64,000 nucleotides of DNA from the human T2T-CHM13v2.0 reference genome, Homo sapiens. The stretch lies in the NCBI RefSeq assembly GCF_009914755.1, contig NC_060929.1. The stretch is one strand, 5' to 3'. A model generated the notes under the pieces. The model saw only the letters and a program-made list of their open reading frames with translations, had not been told where the DNA came from and did no database searches. The position numbers and the translations under genes were made by a program. The stretch's first letter is position 1; every line of letters starts with the position of its first letter. Below are positions 1-13,830 of this stretch, piece by piece.

Positions 1-372
1 GATACATTAAAAAGTATTCTATCTTATGGTTTGCTGGAGTTCAACACATACAGCCCCAATATGAGGATACGCTTTAGCTTCTGAGGATGTATTTTGCCAT
101 CTTCTTTGTATACATCACCTGTATTTGCTCACCACCCCCATGGCGTTGTCCCAATGAGGGAAGGTACTTTTTTGAGTTAATAGGAGGTATAAACATACTT
201 GTCATTGATTGATATTGATTTTAGAATTGGAATGAAATTATTCCCAATGATTATTCTATCATATTAAATATCTAATAATTGATCATGATGCAACGGCAGA
301 GGCAAAGACAGGGACATAAAAGACTGGAGAAATTCACAGATAAAATCTTTAATAGAAGATTGGTAGGAAGAC

Positions 373-672
<300 letters not shown>

Positions 673-758
673 TTAGTTGAAAGAAATTAGAAGACACTCC
701 CTAAAAATATAACATTGACAAAAAATATTTCTCTATATGTTTCTCTCTACATATGGGT

Positions 759-1112
759 TGATATGTTTTGGCTGTGTCCCCACCTAAATTTCATCATGAG
801 TTGTAATCCTTATAATCCCCATGTGTTGTGGGAGGGATCCTGTAGGGAATTGAATCATGGGGGCCGTTTCCCCCATGCTGTTCTGATGATAGTGAGTGAG
901 TTATCACGAGATTCAGATCTGATAGTTTTATTAGCATCTGGCATTTCCCCTGCTGGCATTCATTCTCTCTCCTGCCACCCTGTGAAGACTGATTGTAAGT
1001 TTCCTGAGGTCTCCGCAACTATATACAACTGTGAGTCAATTAAACCTGTTTTCTTTAAAAATTACCCAGTTTGGGGTATTTCCTCATAGCTGCATGAGAA
1101 TGACCTAATACA
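759..1112 (+). mobile_element. THE1D-like solo LTR (ERVL-MaLR)
   Basis: tgatatgttttggctgtgtcccc ... gattgtaagtttcctgagg ... aattacccagt ... ctaataca matches the THE1 LTR termini and body. Confidence 0.9.
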
Positions 1113-2500
1113 TGTATATACGATATGTATATATGTATACGTACGTACGTATGTACGTATACATATATATACGTATATATACGTATATACTTATATGTAT
1201 GTATATATACGTATATGTATGTATATATACGTATATGTGTATATATGTCTATATACACATATATACGTATGTATGTATATGTATATACACACATATATAC
1301 ATATACGTATGTATATATACATATATGTATATATGTGTGTATATACATATATACGCACACACCCATTATATATATATACAACATATATATTTATAATGAT
1401 ATATATGTTATATGTATTTTTATAAATATATAAAAATATATAAATATATTATATATAATTTATATATAATATATATTTTATTTATATATAATATATAAAT
1501 GATATATCTAATATATAATATAATTATATATATTATATATTATATATATAATTATATTAATATATTAGATATATAATATATATTTATATGTAAATATGTA
1601 TATATAATATATACATGTATAATATATAATATGTATATTTAGATATTAATATATAATATAATATATAAATATATTATATATTATTTATAATATATAATAT
1701 ATAAATATATTATAAATATTATAATATATTATAATATTTATAATATATAAATATATGATAATATATTATAATATTTATAATATAATATAAAATATATAAT
1801 ATATATTATAATATATAATGTATATAATACAATATAATATAATATAATATATGATATATATTACAATATATAATGTATATTATAATATATAATATAATAT
1901 ATATAATATAATATAATATATAATACAATATATATAATATAATATATAATATAATATATCATATATAATATATAATATTATATATTATAATACGTATTAT
2001 AATATATATTATATATTATAATATATAATATTATATATAATATATATTATATATTATAATACGTATTATAATATATAATATATATTATAATACGTATTAT
2101 AATATATATTATATATTATAATACGTATTATAATATATAATATATATTATAATACGTATTATAATATATAATATATATTATAATACGTATTATAATATAT
2201 AATATAATATAATATATAATATATATTATAATATATAATATATAAATATATAAAATATATAATATATATTTATATACAAATATATACAAATATATATAAT
2301 TTACATATATAAATATATATTTATAATGAGTATATATTATATATATTATATATATTTTATATTTTATATATATTATATATAATACATATTTATAATGGGT
2401 ATATGTATTTTATATATAATATATATACGTGTGTATGTTTACCTATATATAAATATGTGAGTATGTATGCATATGTATATTTATTTATATATAATCAAAT
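1113..2500. repeat. ~1.4 kb AT-rich microsatellite/minisatellite complex: (TA)n with TACG/TATG variants, then nearly pure A/T, including a 31-bp minisatellite
   Basis: Directly visible; the unit atatattataatacgtattataatatat recurs with its central CG at 1993, 2062, 2093, 2124, 2155 and 2186. Confidence 0.97.
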
Positions 2501-2859
2501 AATAAAATATTCATACCAGAATGTAGAACGTTCAAAGAAATAAGAGATAGTATACCCTTTTCTATCTTTTTTTCTCTCTTCTTTGTTTGGATTTTAAGAA
2601 ATTTCTGAAAGCACGTATTGTATTTTATCAGCATGTATGTGTATATGTGTGTGTATGTATGTCTGTTTGTGTGTGCATGTTAACTAATGGGGCACAACAA
2701 AACACACCCCAAACTTGTCATTTTAAATAACACATATTTGTTACATTTCTTACCTCACAGTTTTTGTGGGTCAAGAATCTGGGCAATAGAGAGAGTCCAA
2801 TAGCAAGATGATAAATACCTAATCACAGAAGTGACATTTTAAAAATACTTATTTTACTT

Positions 2860-3456
2860 TACTTTTGTGGTAGCTGGGAGCCACCATCTGAGTGGGAGGC
2901 CTGGTCTCCCCTGGAGGGTGGGTGGGATGTTGGAGGGAGGCCTCGAAGGGTCGCCCCCACGTGTGTCAGATTCACTGAGTGGCATCTCAGGATAACGCCT
3001 AGGCTGGGAAGCCACTGTGGAGTTTCCGTGGTAGGTAGTGGGTGGGTCAGAGATGGAGGCCTCCTCTTCGGGTCGCTGCAGTGTGGCAGCATCATTTAAT
3101 GGGGACAGGTCTTGGATGGGTTTTTAAGGGTGATTAAATGCTGAGTCCCCACGTGCAAGACGAGACAGAGCTCGACATGCTACAAGGCATGAGAACATCA
3201 ATGTGCACAGCAGGAATTGTTTGGGACGGGCCTTGTAGGGGGAATATTTGCGGTCGGGGAGGCATGAAAGGGGCCTCAGTCGGTAGCCTCTTGCAATGGC
3301 AGGATCGTCCTGTGGGATCTCTGGTCCTTGGGAGCCCTGAGGTTGCCCCTACCTGCTGTGGGTGCTTTCCTGGTGACGCCTTCCTAGCCCAAGAGGGAAG
3401 GAAGTGAATCCTTCCTTTCTCCCCACTCACCCCACGTGCACAGGCTGCAAGCCTCC
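2860..3456. other. GC-rich orphan insert with retained CpGs, of non-local origin (candidate rDNA intergenic-spacer fragment)
   Basis: Abrupt composition shift at both ends; it sits between two contiguous MLT1 segments; the rDNA IGS resemblance is from memory only. Confidence 0.5.
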
Positions 3457-3509
3457 TATACTGATTTTGGTAGCAAGTTATTCAAAGAAAGAGATGTATG
3501 CAAGGTCAT

Positions 3510-3859
3510 TAATATGGTTAGGCTTTGTGTCTCCACTAAATCTCATCTTGAATTGTAATCCCCATAATCTCCATAATACCCATAATCCTCATGTGTCAAG
3601 GGAAAGACCAGGTAGAGGTAATTGAATCGTGGAGAGGTTCCCCTATGCTGGTCTCCTGATAGTGAGTTCTCAGGAGATCTGATGGTTTTATAAGGGGCCC
3701 TTCCCCCTTCGCTGGGCACTTCTCCTTGATTCCCCTTCACCCTCTGCCATGATTGTAAGTTTCCTGAGGCCTTCCCAGCCATAGAGTGGTGATTCAATTA
3801 AATCTGTTTTCTTTATAAATTACCCAGTCTTTAGAGCAGTATAAAAACAGATTAAAACA
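3510..3859 (+). mobile_element. THE1D solo LTR
   Basis: taatatggttaggctttgtgtc ... atgtgtcaagggaaagacca ... aaattacccagtct ... attaaaaca; 5-bp TSD gtcat/gtcac. Confidence 0.92.
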
Positions 3860-5245
3860 GTCACGAAGGCTAGGGACAGGGATCACTCTTAGAGGCTGCG
3901 TAGTATGGATGGTGTATACATGTGTTGAGGTCATCTCTTGTTTGACAGACTGTCCTTACAGCCTTGGTTTGATTTTCCTGTCTGTTTGGTTGTATATCTT
4001 TACCTTTTAATTGACATTTTATTTTATTTTGTTTTGTTTTACAAATGTTTTCTGCTCTTTGGCTGCACACTAATCGAAGAACTCTGTGTGCATAACATGG
4101 CTTGAAGAGCAGAGAGTTTTATTGGGTATTTGATTAGGCTGTGTCACTAGGGTATTGCAAATTCTCAAGTTTTCTTCCTTCCTTTCCTTTTTTTTCATCT
4201 TTTATTCTTTTCTTTCTTCCTTTATCCCACAGGTTGGGCTTTCTACAAAGGAAGTTTTTAATATTCTGATTGAAAGGACTGTATAATCCTCAATGATTTT
4301 TTCAAAGCCTGCTGAGGGAATAGAACTGAGATTAGGGTAGCTCTCACCATTCGGTTGATAGACTTCTCTGACTATGCCTATTTGTGTAAGGTACCCCACT
4401 CACATCTGTGCAAAGTTTTCCCATTTTCATATTTCTCATGTTTTACTGACTGCAAGGAACAGGCTCTAATATTTTCTCTTGCTTTGGAGGGATAATTTTC
4501 TTTCTGTCAATATTGATAGAAAATTTTGTCTGCCTGTTAAGCAGACTTCCAAATAATACTTGTCTGCTTCACTTTTCCATCAACTCTGTGATGACTGCTT
4601 CTTTTAATTTGTGCATCATTTTGGAATTAATTTACACAAATCAGGATTCTTCCATGATTATTCCAGGAAGGCTTACCTTTTATGAATTTTCTACTACCTT
4701 TTGCCTATTCCCTTTCCAGATTTACTGATTTTGTTCCTGTTTTCCTATGGGTTTTTGTAATTCTTTGTTTATGTTTTCTTATTTTATAAGTTTATTATTA
4801 TTTGACTGAGTCTTGGAGGAGGATGGAGGTAAACACATATGTTCAATGCAACTGTTTTTTCTAGATGCCATTACTGGTTTTATTATATTCAGCTTCAAAT
4901 TACTTTGTGCATCTCTACAAAATTAATGTTCCATTGCTTTATTCATGTCTTGCTTAATAAATTTTAAAGCACCACTAGTATCTACAGGACAAGATTCAAA
5001 TGTCTTTCTTCTGGAACCACTTTCTGCCACAGTATTTGTTCATATTTTGCCAAGCCTGGCATTGAATATTCACTTCCATACGTTGGTTAATGCCATAGTC
5101 CCACCCCAAATTACCCTTTACCTTTTCTCTGCCATGGTCTGGACAAATGTGCCATTCCAATTTACAGTTGTCTCTGGAGGTGTTAATTTATTTGTTCAAT
5201 GCCAAATAACTAGTAAGTCTCAGAGCCAAAGTTTGTGCCTAGAAC

Positions 5246-5922
5246 TGTTATTTACAGTAGGTAGCTAGTCAGGCATGAGCAGCACAGAAGAGGGCTCCTC
5301 CCCCCGCTCAACACACACACTAGGAATGTCAGGTGACCATCAGGTGAGGGCCAGGTGGTTGTTAACTGTCTCTCTAAAATACTAGTTAATCATAGATGGC
5401 CTGTCTCCTAATAGATAGAACTGAAACTGGTGATTAGCAGCTTCCCAATAAGATCTCAGGAACTGGGCAAATGGGCTCAAGCATGTGCATTAAGAGGCAA
5501 AATTGTGTAGTTTAACCGGTATCTGACCTTCCTCTAGGAATGCTAGACTGGTAAGGGAAGAATGCCTCAAGTGAGCACGTGTACAACTCCAGTAAACACA
5601 CTGTGCATGCTCCCCTCCCAAGTGCTACCAGGCCACTGTGCATGAGGACAGCCTACCCCAAGGGAAGAATCAGGGGAGAAAGGATGCAAGACATGGGAAG
5701 TGAGCCAATATATAAAACCCCAAGTCAAATGTGAAACTAAGCACTTGATCTCTCAAGTCACCGCTTGGCCCTCTTCCAAGTGTACTTTACTTTCTTTCAT
5801 TCCTGCTCTAAAACTTGCCTCAGTCTCTCCTTCTGCCTCATGCCTCCTTGGTCAAATTCTTTCTCCTGAGTAGGCAAGAATTGAGGTTTTTGCAGACCCA
5901 TATGGATGCTCTGCCAGTAACA
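5246..5922 (+). mobile_element. MER50-family solo LTR (ERV1)
   Basis: tgtta..cagtaggtagctagtcaggcatgagc start, tataaaaccccaagtcaa TATA region, tgcagacccatatggat..cagtaaca end; 4-bp TSD gaac/gaac. Confidence 0.88.
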
Positions 5923-6349
5923 GAACCACTGCTTTTAGAACACTCATTCTTTGCATTCTAACAAGATGCTCTGTAACTAATTTTCAAGTACGAAACCACC
6001 TAGATTGCACCTTTATGATATTAATACAGTGTTATAAAAAATAAGACGTAAACATGAGTTTTACAAAAATAAAAATTTTCTGAAGTTCACATTTGTAAGC
6101 AGAAATTGCATATATGGTGGTGGGGTAGAGATTAGCATGAGAGAAAATTCTTTAGGAATAAAAAACCTGATTATTCCTGCCATTGATGATTATTCATGTC
6201 CCACTTTGTTTTAGACATTTCATTCTGAGCAAAACCCAGTTAGCAGATTTGTTATATAACTGCCTGCCTGTCTGTGCATAAATTGTATTAATTGAAAATA
6301 ATAACATCAGTTTTATCTAACATTTTGGGATACGAGTATATCTCCAAAT

Positions 6350-9328
6350 TTTTTTGATTCTTTTTTATTTTTAATTTTTATGTGTACATATATGTAATTT
6401 TATGTGTAAGTATATATATTTACGGGGTATATGAGATGTTTTGATACAGGCATGTTAGGTCAAATAAGTACGTCATGAAGAATGGGGTATCCATCCCCTC
6501 AAGCATTTGCCTTTGGATTACAAAGAATCCAATTACACTCTTTAAGTTATTTTAAAATTGACTATAGTCATCTTATTATGTTATCTAATAGGGGTCTTAT
6601 TCATTCTTTCTATTTCTTTTTGTACCCATTAACCATCACCACCTCCCCTCAGCCCCGCACTACCCTTCCCAGCCTCTAGTAACCATCCTTCTACTCTCTA
6701 TGTTCATGAGTTCAATTGTTTTGACTTTTAGATCCCACAAGTAAGTGAGAACATGCAATGTTTGTCTTTCTGTGCCTGGATTACTTCACTTAAAGTAATG
6801 ACGTCCAATTCCATGCATGTTGTTGCAAATGACTGGATCCTTTTGATTTTTGTGGCTGGATAGTACTCCATGGTGTATATATACCACATTTTCTTTATCC
6901 AGTAATCTGTTGATGGACACATAGGTCGCTTCCAAATCTTAGTTATTGCAAACAGTGCTGCAACAAACATAGGAGCAGAGATATTTTTTCATGTACTGAT
7001 TTCCTTTCTTCTGGGTATATACCCTACAGTTAGATTGTTGGATCATACAGTGACTCAGTTTTTAGTTTTTTGAGTAATCTCCAAACTGTTGTCCATAGTG
7101 GTTGTGCTAATTTACATTCTCACCAATAGTGTATGAGGAATCCCTTTTCTCAACATCCTCAACAGCATTTGTTATTGCCTGTCTTTGGATATAAGTCATT
7201 TTAACTGGGGGTAAAATGATATCTTATTGAAGTTTTTTGATTTTCATTTCTCTGACATTCAATGATATTAACCATCTTTTCATATGTCCGTTTGCCATTA
7301 GTATGTCTTATTTTGAGAAATGTCTATTCATATCTTTTGCCCATTTTTTATTCAAATTATTAGATTTTTTTTTCTCTATAGAGTTGTTTGAGCTCCTTAC
7401 ATATTCTGGTTAGTAATCCCTTGTCAGAGGGGTAGTTTGCAAATAATTTTCTCCCATTCTGTGGGTTGTCTCTTCACTCTGTTGATTGCATCCTTTGCTC
7501 TGCAGATGCTTTTTAACTTGATGTGAACCAATCTGTCCACACTGGTTTTGGTTACCTGTGCTTGTATGGTATTTTTCAAGAAATCTTTGCCAAGACAAAT
7601 GTCCAGAAGACTTTCCCCAATGTTTTCTTATAGAAGTTTCATAGTTTTGGGTCTTGGATTTAAGTCTTTAATCCATTTTGATTTGATTTTTGTATGTGAC
7701 TAGATACAGGGGTCTGGTTTCATTCTTCTGCATATGAATATCCAGTTTTCCCAGCACCATTTATTAAAGAGACAGTCTTTCCCCCAGTGTATATTCTTGG
7801 CATCTTGTGGTGTCTGAATTTTTTTCTGAGTTCTCTGTTCTTTTCCATTTGTCCACATGTCTATTTTTATGCCAGTACCATGATGTTTTGATTACTATAT
7901 CTCTGTAGTCTACTTTGAAGTCAGGTTATGTGATTTCTCTTTTGTTTTTTTTTTCTTAGGAGAGCTTTAGCTATTCTGGGTCTTTTGTGGTTCCATATAA
8001 ATTAGAGAATTGTTTTCTCTATTTCTATAAAGAATTTCACTGGTATATTGATAGCAATTGAATTGACTCTGTAGATTGCTTTGTGTAGTACGGACTTTTA
8101 ACAATACTGAATCTTCTGATCGATGAACAGGGAATATTTTTCCATTTTTGGTATCCTCTTCAATTTTTTTCTTCATTGTTTTATAGTTTTTATTATAGAG
8201 ATCTTTTACTTCTTTGGTTAATTCCTAGGTATTTAATTTTATGCATTGCTATTGTAAATGGGATTACTTTGTTATTTCCTTTTCACATTGTTCACTGTTG
8301 GCATAATGTTACTCATTTTTGTATCCTGAAACTTTACTGGACTTGTTAATCAGTTATCATAGTTTTCTTGTGGCGTCTTTAGGTTTTTTCAAGTATAAGA
8401 CTATATATCGCCTGTAAACTATAATAATTTGTCTTCTTCCTTTCCAATTTTGATGCCCTTTATATCTTTATCTTGTCTGATGCTCTAGCTTGGAATTCTA
8501 GGACTATGTTGAATAACAGTGTTGAAAGTGGGCATCCTTGTCATGTTCCAGATCTTAGAGGAAAGGCTTTCAGTTCTTCTTCATTCAGTTTGATACTAGC
8601 CGTGGGTCTGAATATGTGGCTCTTTTACATTGAGGAATATTCCTTCTATCCCAGTTTTGAGACTTTTTATTGTGAAGCGATGTTGAACTTTATCAAATGC
8701 TTTTTCAGCATCGATTGAAATGGTCATATGGTTTCTATCCTTCATTCTATTGATATGATGTATTGAACTGATTGATTTGCATGTATTGAACCATCCTTGC
8801 ATCCCAGGGATAAATCCCACTTGGTCATAATGAAAGATCTTTCTAACATATTGTTGAATTTGGTTTGCTAGTATTTTATTGGAGATTATTGATTCAATAT
8901 CCATCAGAGATATTAGCCTGTAGTTTTCTTTCTTTGTGATGTCTTTGGTTTAGGTATCAGTGTAATACTGGCCTTGCATAATGACTTTTTAAATATTTCC
9001 TCCTCCTCTGTTTTTTGGAATAGTTTGAGGAGGATTGGTATTAGTTCTTTAAGTGTTTGGTAGAATTCAGCAGTGAAGCCATCAAGTCCTGGTCTTTTCT
9101 TTATTGGGAGACTTTATTATGGCTTTGATCTCATTACATTTTATTGGTCTGTTCAGTTTTTTTATTTCTTTCTGGTTCAATCTTGGTAGGTGGTATTTAT
9201 CTAGGTATTCATTTATTCTAGATTGTTCAATTTATTGGCATATAGTTGCTAATAGTAGCCACCAATGATTCTTTGAATTTCTGCAGTATCAGTTATAAAG
9301 TCTCCTTTTTAATCTCTGGATTTATTTG
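6350..9328 (-). mobile_element. 5'-truncated L1MA (L1MA1-3-like) LINE: 3'UTR plus decayed ORF2
   Basis: Minus-strand ORFs give L1 ORF2 peptides ([23 protein letters not shown]; WIKKMWYIYTMEYY); L1MA-type 3'UTR ggggtatccatcccctcaagcattt. Confidence 0.95.
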
Positions 9329-9754
9329 GAAGTTGTGTATCCATTAAATATATAGATTTATATGTAGCAGTGTGGGAGGGGTGTGTTTGGATAGATAGAT
9401 AGATGTATCTCTCTATATATACACACCAATGATAATCATAATCATGGCATTTTTACAGGTTAATTTATCAAAATAAGTTTCTGTAAATTCTCAAATAATT
9501 GATGATGATTAGCTCTTATTTATTATTTAATATGTACCAAAAATTTAAACTATTTTTATCATTTTTCCCCACTAAACAATAACTGGGGGTACATTTTATT
9601 TTTCCATTTAATAACTAACAAAAATATTTAACTAGTCACATTAACCACATTTTTTTTTCCCTATGTTGCAATGCTATTAAGTGGTAGAGGCAGAATTTTG
9701 CTTCTCACAATCTGAAGTTAAAAGCAGCATTTCTTTAATTACAGAGTGTGAGAG

Positions 9755-10062
9755 ATTAATTGAAGGGTAAAAAGTTTCATTCAGTTAGATAGGAGAAATA
9801 AGTACTGGAGATACATTGTACAGTATAGTGATCATAATTGGTAATGTATAATATACTTAAAATTGCTCAGAGTAGATTTGAAATGTTCTCATTAAAAAAT
9901 GATAAATATGTGAGGTCATGAATATGATTATTAGTTTGATTTAATCATCCCACTATGTTTATGTTCCTATGTTTGTATGCATATAAATCAAAACATCACA
10001 TTGTATACCAAAGATACGTAATCTGTAATTTATCAATTAAAAATAATTATTTTTTAAAAAAT
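9755..10062 (+). mobile_element. L1MA (L1MA7/8-like) 3' end fragment
   Basis: cagttagataggagaaataag ... aaattgctcagagtagatttgaaatgttctca ... aaacatcacattgtatacc, then an A-rich end. Confidence 0.8.
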
Positions 10063-11826
10063 ATAATTCCCAATTACTATGCTACATTCGTGAAATTAGA
10101 AATAGTGGTCCATCTACTGCCTCTAGAATTAGCTTACCCTGTGAAGGACAATGTCTAGGTTTTAGTGTCCTTTTAACGAAAATGACACTTAATTGGTGAA
10201 TTATATACCCTTCTCTCAACAACACCTTAAAAATCCTCTAATATTACATGTAGAAATTGGTAACCTCACAGACAAAAAGAAAAAATTAGTATAGCCATGG
10301 AGAATTAGACTAGAGAAAGTGTGTTTATCTTACATTAAAGGTAAGTACTAAAACTTAGACTACTATTAATCTTTATATCTAGGTGTGCATTTCCAGTCAA
10401 TTTTATATTGGATTTTATAACCATTTTGATTTTGTGTATCAGTTAACTAATTAGTATAAACATTACATAAACTGTATGATCGATTAGGAAATTGTAGTGT
10501 CTAGATATAATGTCATTCACAAAAGATAAACTGATGGCTGGCTATTATGATTCTTACTTTACCAAGTAACAAATTTAGCATTATGAAATCTGTAGTTAGT
10601 TTACTTCTGCAATGAACATAACATTAAAATTGTTGTAATAATATGTTTCTCCAATTTTTTATATAATGCATAAAGGACAAAAGATCAAGCCACTTCTATA
10701 TCTTGCCTGTTAATCAGAAAATATCTTGGATTTATAGCTATGTACTAATCACAAAGTCTTTCTTAGAAAAGTATTAAAAGTGATTTTATACTATATAATA
10801 TTATTTATTAAATCCTATGTGATGTTCTCCTCACAACTAGTGTCTTCATAGTTTAATTTTTTTCTCTATTTTTTTAAAAGTCAGAATTGTCAAGGGTTAT
10901 GTCATATTAGTATCAAGATAGTTGACCATAATTTTAGATATTAGGCTGAGACATATCAGGACAGCTAACATTTCAATGTAAGTCAATGAAATATATAGAT
11001 GGTTATATAATTAGGAATTAAGGAAAGAAGCATGAGAAAGGCTGCATAAAGGAAACTTCTCTCGGATAATCCTTATAAGCATGGAAAATATACTTTTTCA
11101 CAAAACTTAAGACACAATGCAAAATGATGCTATTCCATTTTTAAATGAATGTTCACTTTTATAAAGTCTTACATAAGTAATTGTAGATAATGGCTCAGGC
11201 AACATTTTAGTACCATTGCCTGCATGTTTTGAAATTTTGATGTCCTTCTTTATGAGGGATGGATGTGGCAATGCTACCAAGACTTTTTAATACAATGTAC
11301 TAAAATTTTTAATATATAGGATATAATACTTGGAACTATGAACTTATGAGTAACATTAAAAGGGAAAACTGTTAAAAAAATGAATAATTTGATTACAAGT
11401 TATTTTTTAAGAAACAGAATCATCAATAAAATTTTGAAATAGAAAATGGACCCAAACAGCACAGTTAGTTTAGAGATTTAAAGAACATCTTTCAGATATT
11501 ATTAGCTGTCTCTTGAAAGATATCTGCTTGCAACGCAACCAAAGTCTTACAAATGTGTACAGTTTAACATACCTACTTGGGGGAGAAACATATCTCAATA
11601 TTTTCAGATAGAAAAAAATCTATTTTGTTATCATGAAACTTCAGAACATATTTCAGAAGAACCCAACATAATACATGCCAATTTTAACATTTCTTTAATT
11701 AAGAAAATATTTTATAAATAAACATTTCTAGTGTTTAACTTCAAATGCTATTTTTATAATCCTCAACAGAAAGGATATTAGAACACAGTTTTAAATATAT
11801 CACTACTACAAATGTTCTGTCACTGA

Positions 11827-12250
<424 letters not shown>

Positions 12251-13346
12251 TAACATTACATTCTTTTGAGAAAATCAAATAAGAGCAAACAATACAAATC
12301 TACTCTCAGAAACAGTGACATCCTCTACTATGTGGTCTGTGTAAAATAATTTATATTTCACTACATTTCTTTTGTATGCTGAAAAATCACCTTTTAATAA
12401 TGAATAGGACAGAGCCATATCATCTCTCTCAATTGAGAAATTTAATGTACTTGTTAGGTGACATGCAGATAAAGCTAAAATGCAAACCCTATACTTACTT
12501 CTTTAATATTTATATGTTTATTTTGAACCAAGAAAATATTTCCATATCATTACACATCGGAATTATTGAAAGAGGCACTTTTTATAGAAATTAACTTTTA
12601 AAATTAAATCCTCTTTCCTACTCCAAATTGTTCCACTTAATGCCAGAAATATCTTACATAAAATATCCACTGGTCTACTCACATGACAGCAACTTTTATT
12701 GCAAAAGGATATGCCAGAGTTTGATTCATTATTATGTCACAGTTATGACTCATCTCTTAGGGTAACACAATTGTCATGTTAGCTGTGTGGTTTTCAATTT
12801 ACTCTTGACTTAAGCAGGAAATAAAAGAATGTCCAGCTGAGAGATTGCCAGGGGTGTTGAAATGAGTCATATGCATTAGCAGGCATTATTTACTCATAAA
12901 TCCCATATTTATTGGGAGCATTTTGCAATTCCAGAAGGTGATCATAAAGTTATCTTGGCTATGTGTTGGATCAGTAGCAAACAGGAATTGCTATTATGAA
13001 ATCATTACACTGAAGTGTGTCTGATGCCTGAAATAGATCCTCATATTCAAAAGAATATCAAGGACTAAGGCACTTACCAAACTACTTGATACAAATATGG
13101 AAAATGGCTAAGTACTCTGTCAAAAATTTATATTGATTTTATAGGTACATTTCACATGAATACTTGATTCTTTTAGCTGCTTCAGAATAGCTTGAGCTAA
13201 TTCTACATCAATCTCATATCATCAGTGTAGCATCCTGTGTTATTCCAGTGACACTTGGTAAGAACCAGTGTATCTCCTCTAGAGCCATCTGCTATTAATT
13301 TTGAAGCTAAGCCTCCCAGAATTTCACTCATCTGGAACCTAGGGGC

Positions 13347-13347
<1 letters not shown>

Positions 13348-13394
<47 letters not shown>

Positions 13395-13399
13395 CACAC
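13348..13399. repeat. (CA)n microsatellite
   Basis: About 19 uninterrupted CA units plus a short interrupted tail. Confidence 0.97.
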
Positions 13400-13699
13400 T
13401 CTTTTCCAAATATTGGAGTGTTAAAGTATTAAACTAGTCATCTATAAAGTAGAGTGTTTCCTGTGCAGCAAGTAGAAGTGTAATTAATTATACATGTACT
13501 GTATTTTGAAGTCCATTTGGAAGTACATGAGTTGACTGATTTGTCAAGGGTCTTAAACACAATCATTAATCTAATCATTTATCTCCTGGAAATCTGTTTG
13601 AGTGAGACATTATTAAAAATGTTTGGTATAAGAAAATGTATTGCAGTGCTACTAATAGAAAACATAAATCCAAAATATAGTAATGGTAACAATAATAAC

Positions 13700-13830
13700 A
13701 AATTATTAATATTTATTGAGCTCTATATGATTGACCCACGTCTATGCCTTGCTCTGTATTATTTAATCTTGTCAACAACCTAATAAGTTAGGTTCAAGTA
13801 TTATATGCATTTTGAAAATGAAGAAACTGC
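13700..13830 (-). mobile_element. MIR fragment
   Basis: atttattgagctct ... tttaatcttgtcaacaacct ... cattttgaaaatgaagaaactg resembles the MIR core. Confidence 0.6.

Larger units (their letters stand above)
2685..3907 (-). mobile_element. MLT1 (MLT1F-like) LTR, split into three pieces by later insertions
   Basis: ctcacagtttttgtgggtcaagaatctggg ... cagaagtgacat (to ~2838), then ...tagcaagttattcaa (~3460-3509), then gggatcactcttagaggctgc (~3880-3907), in MLT1 order. Confidence 0.65.

Noticed and set aside
1055-1433. Overlapping Y/I/V/C-rich ORFs of 76-109 aa
   Set aside because: Translation of a (TA/TG/CA)n microsatellite; not coding
1983-2200. Regularly spaced palindromic repeats as a CRISPR-like array
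   Set aside because: No unique spacers, primate DNA and no cas genes; it is a tandem minisatellite
2859-3430. ORFs of 78-98 aa in the GC-rich insert as a small gene or CpG-island promoter
   Set aside because: No recognisable protein; ORFs on both strands are expected at this GC content; CpGs are largely decayed
759-3859. Two same-strand THE1D LTRs 2.4 kb apart as a full LTR-int-LTR provirus
   Set aside because: The interior is AT repeat, MLT1 and the orphan insert rather than THE1-int; the LTRs differ substantially and the second has its own TSD
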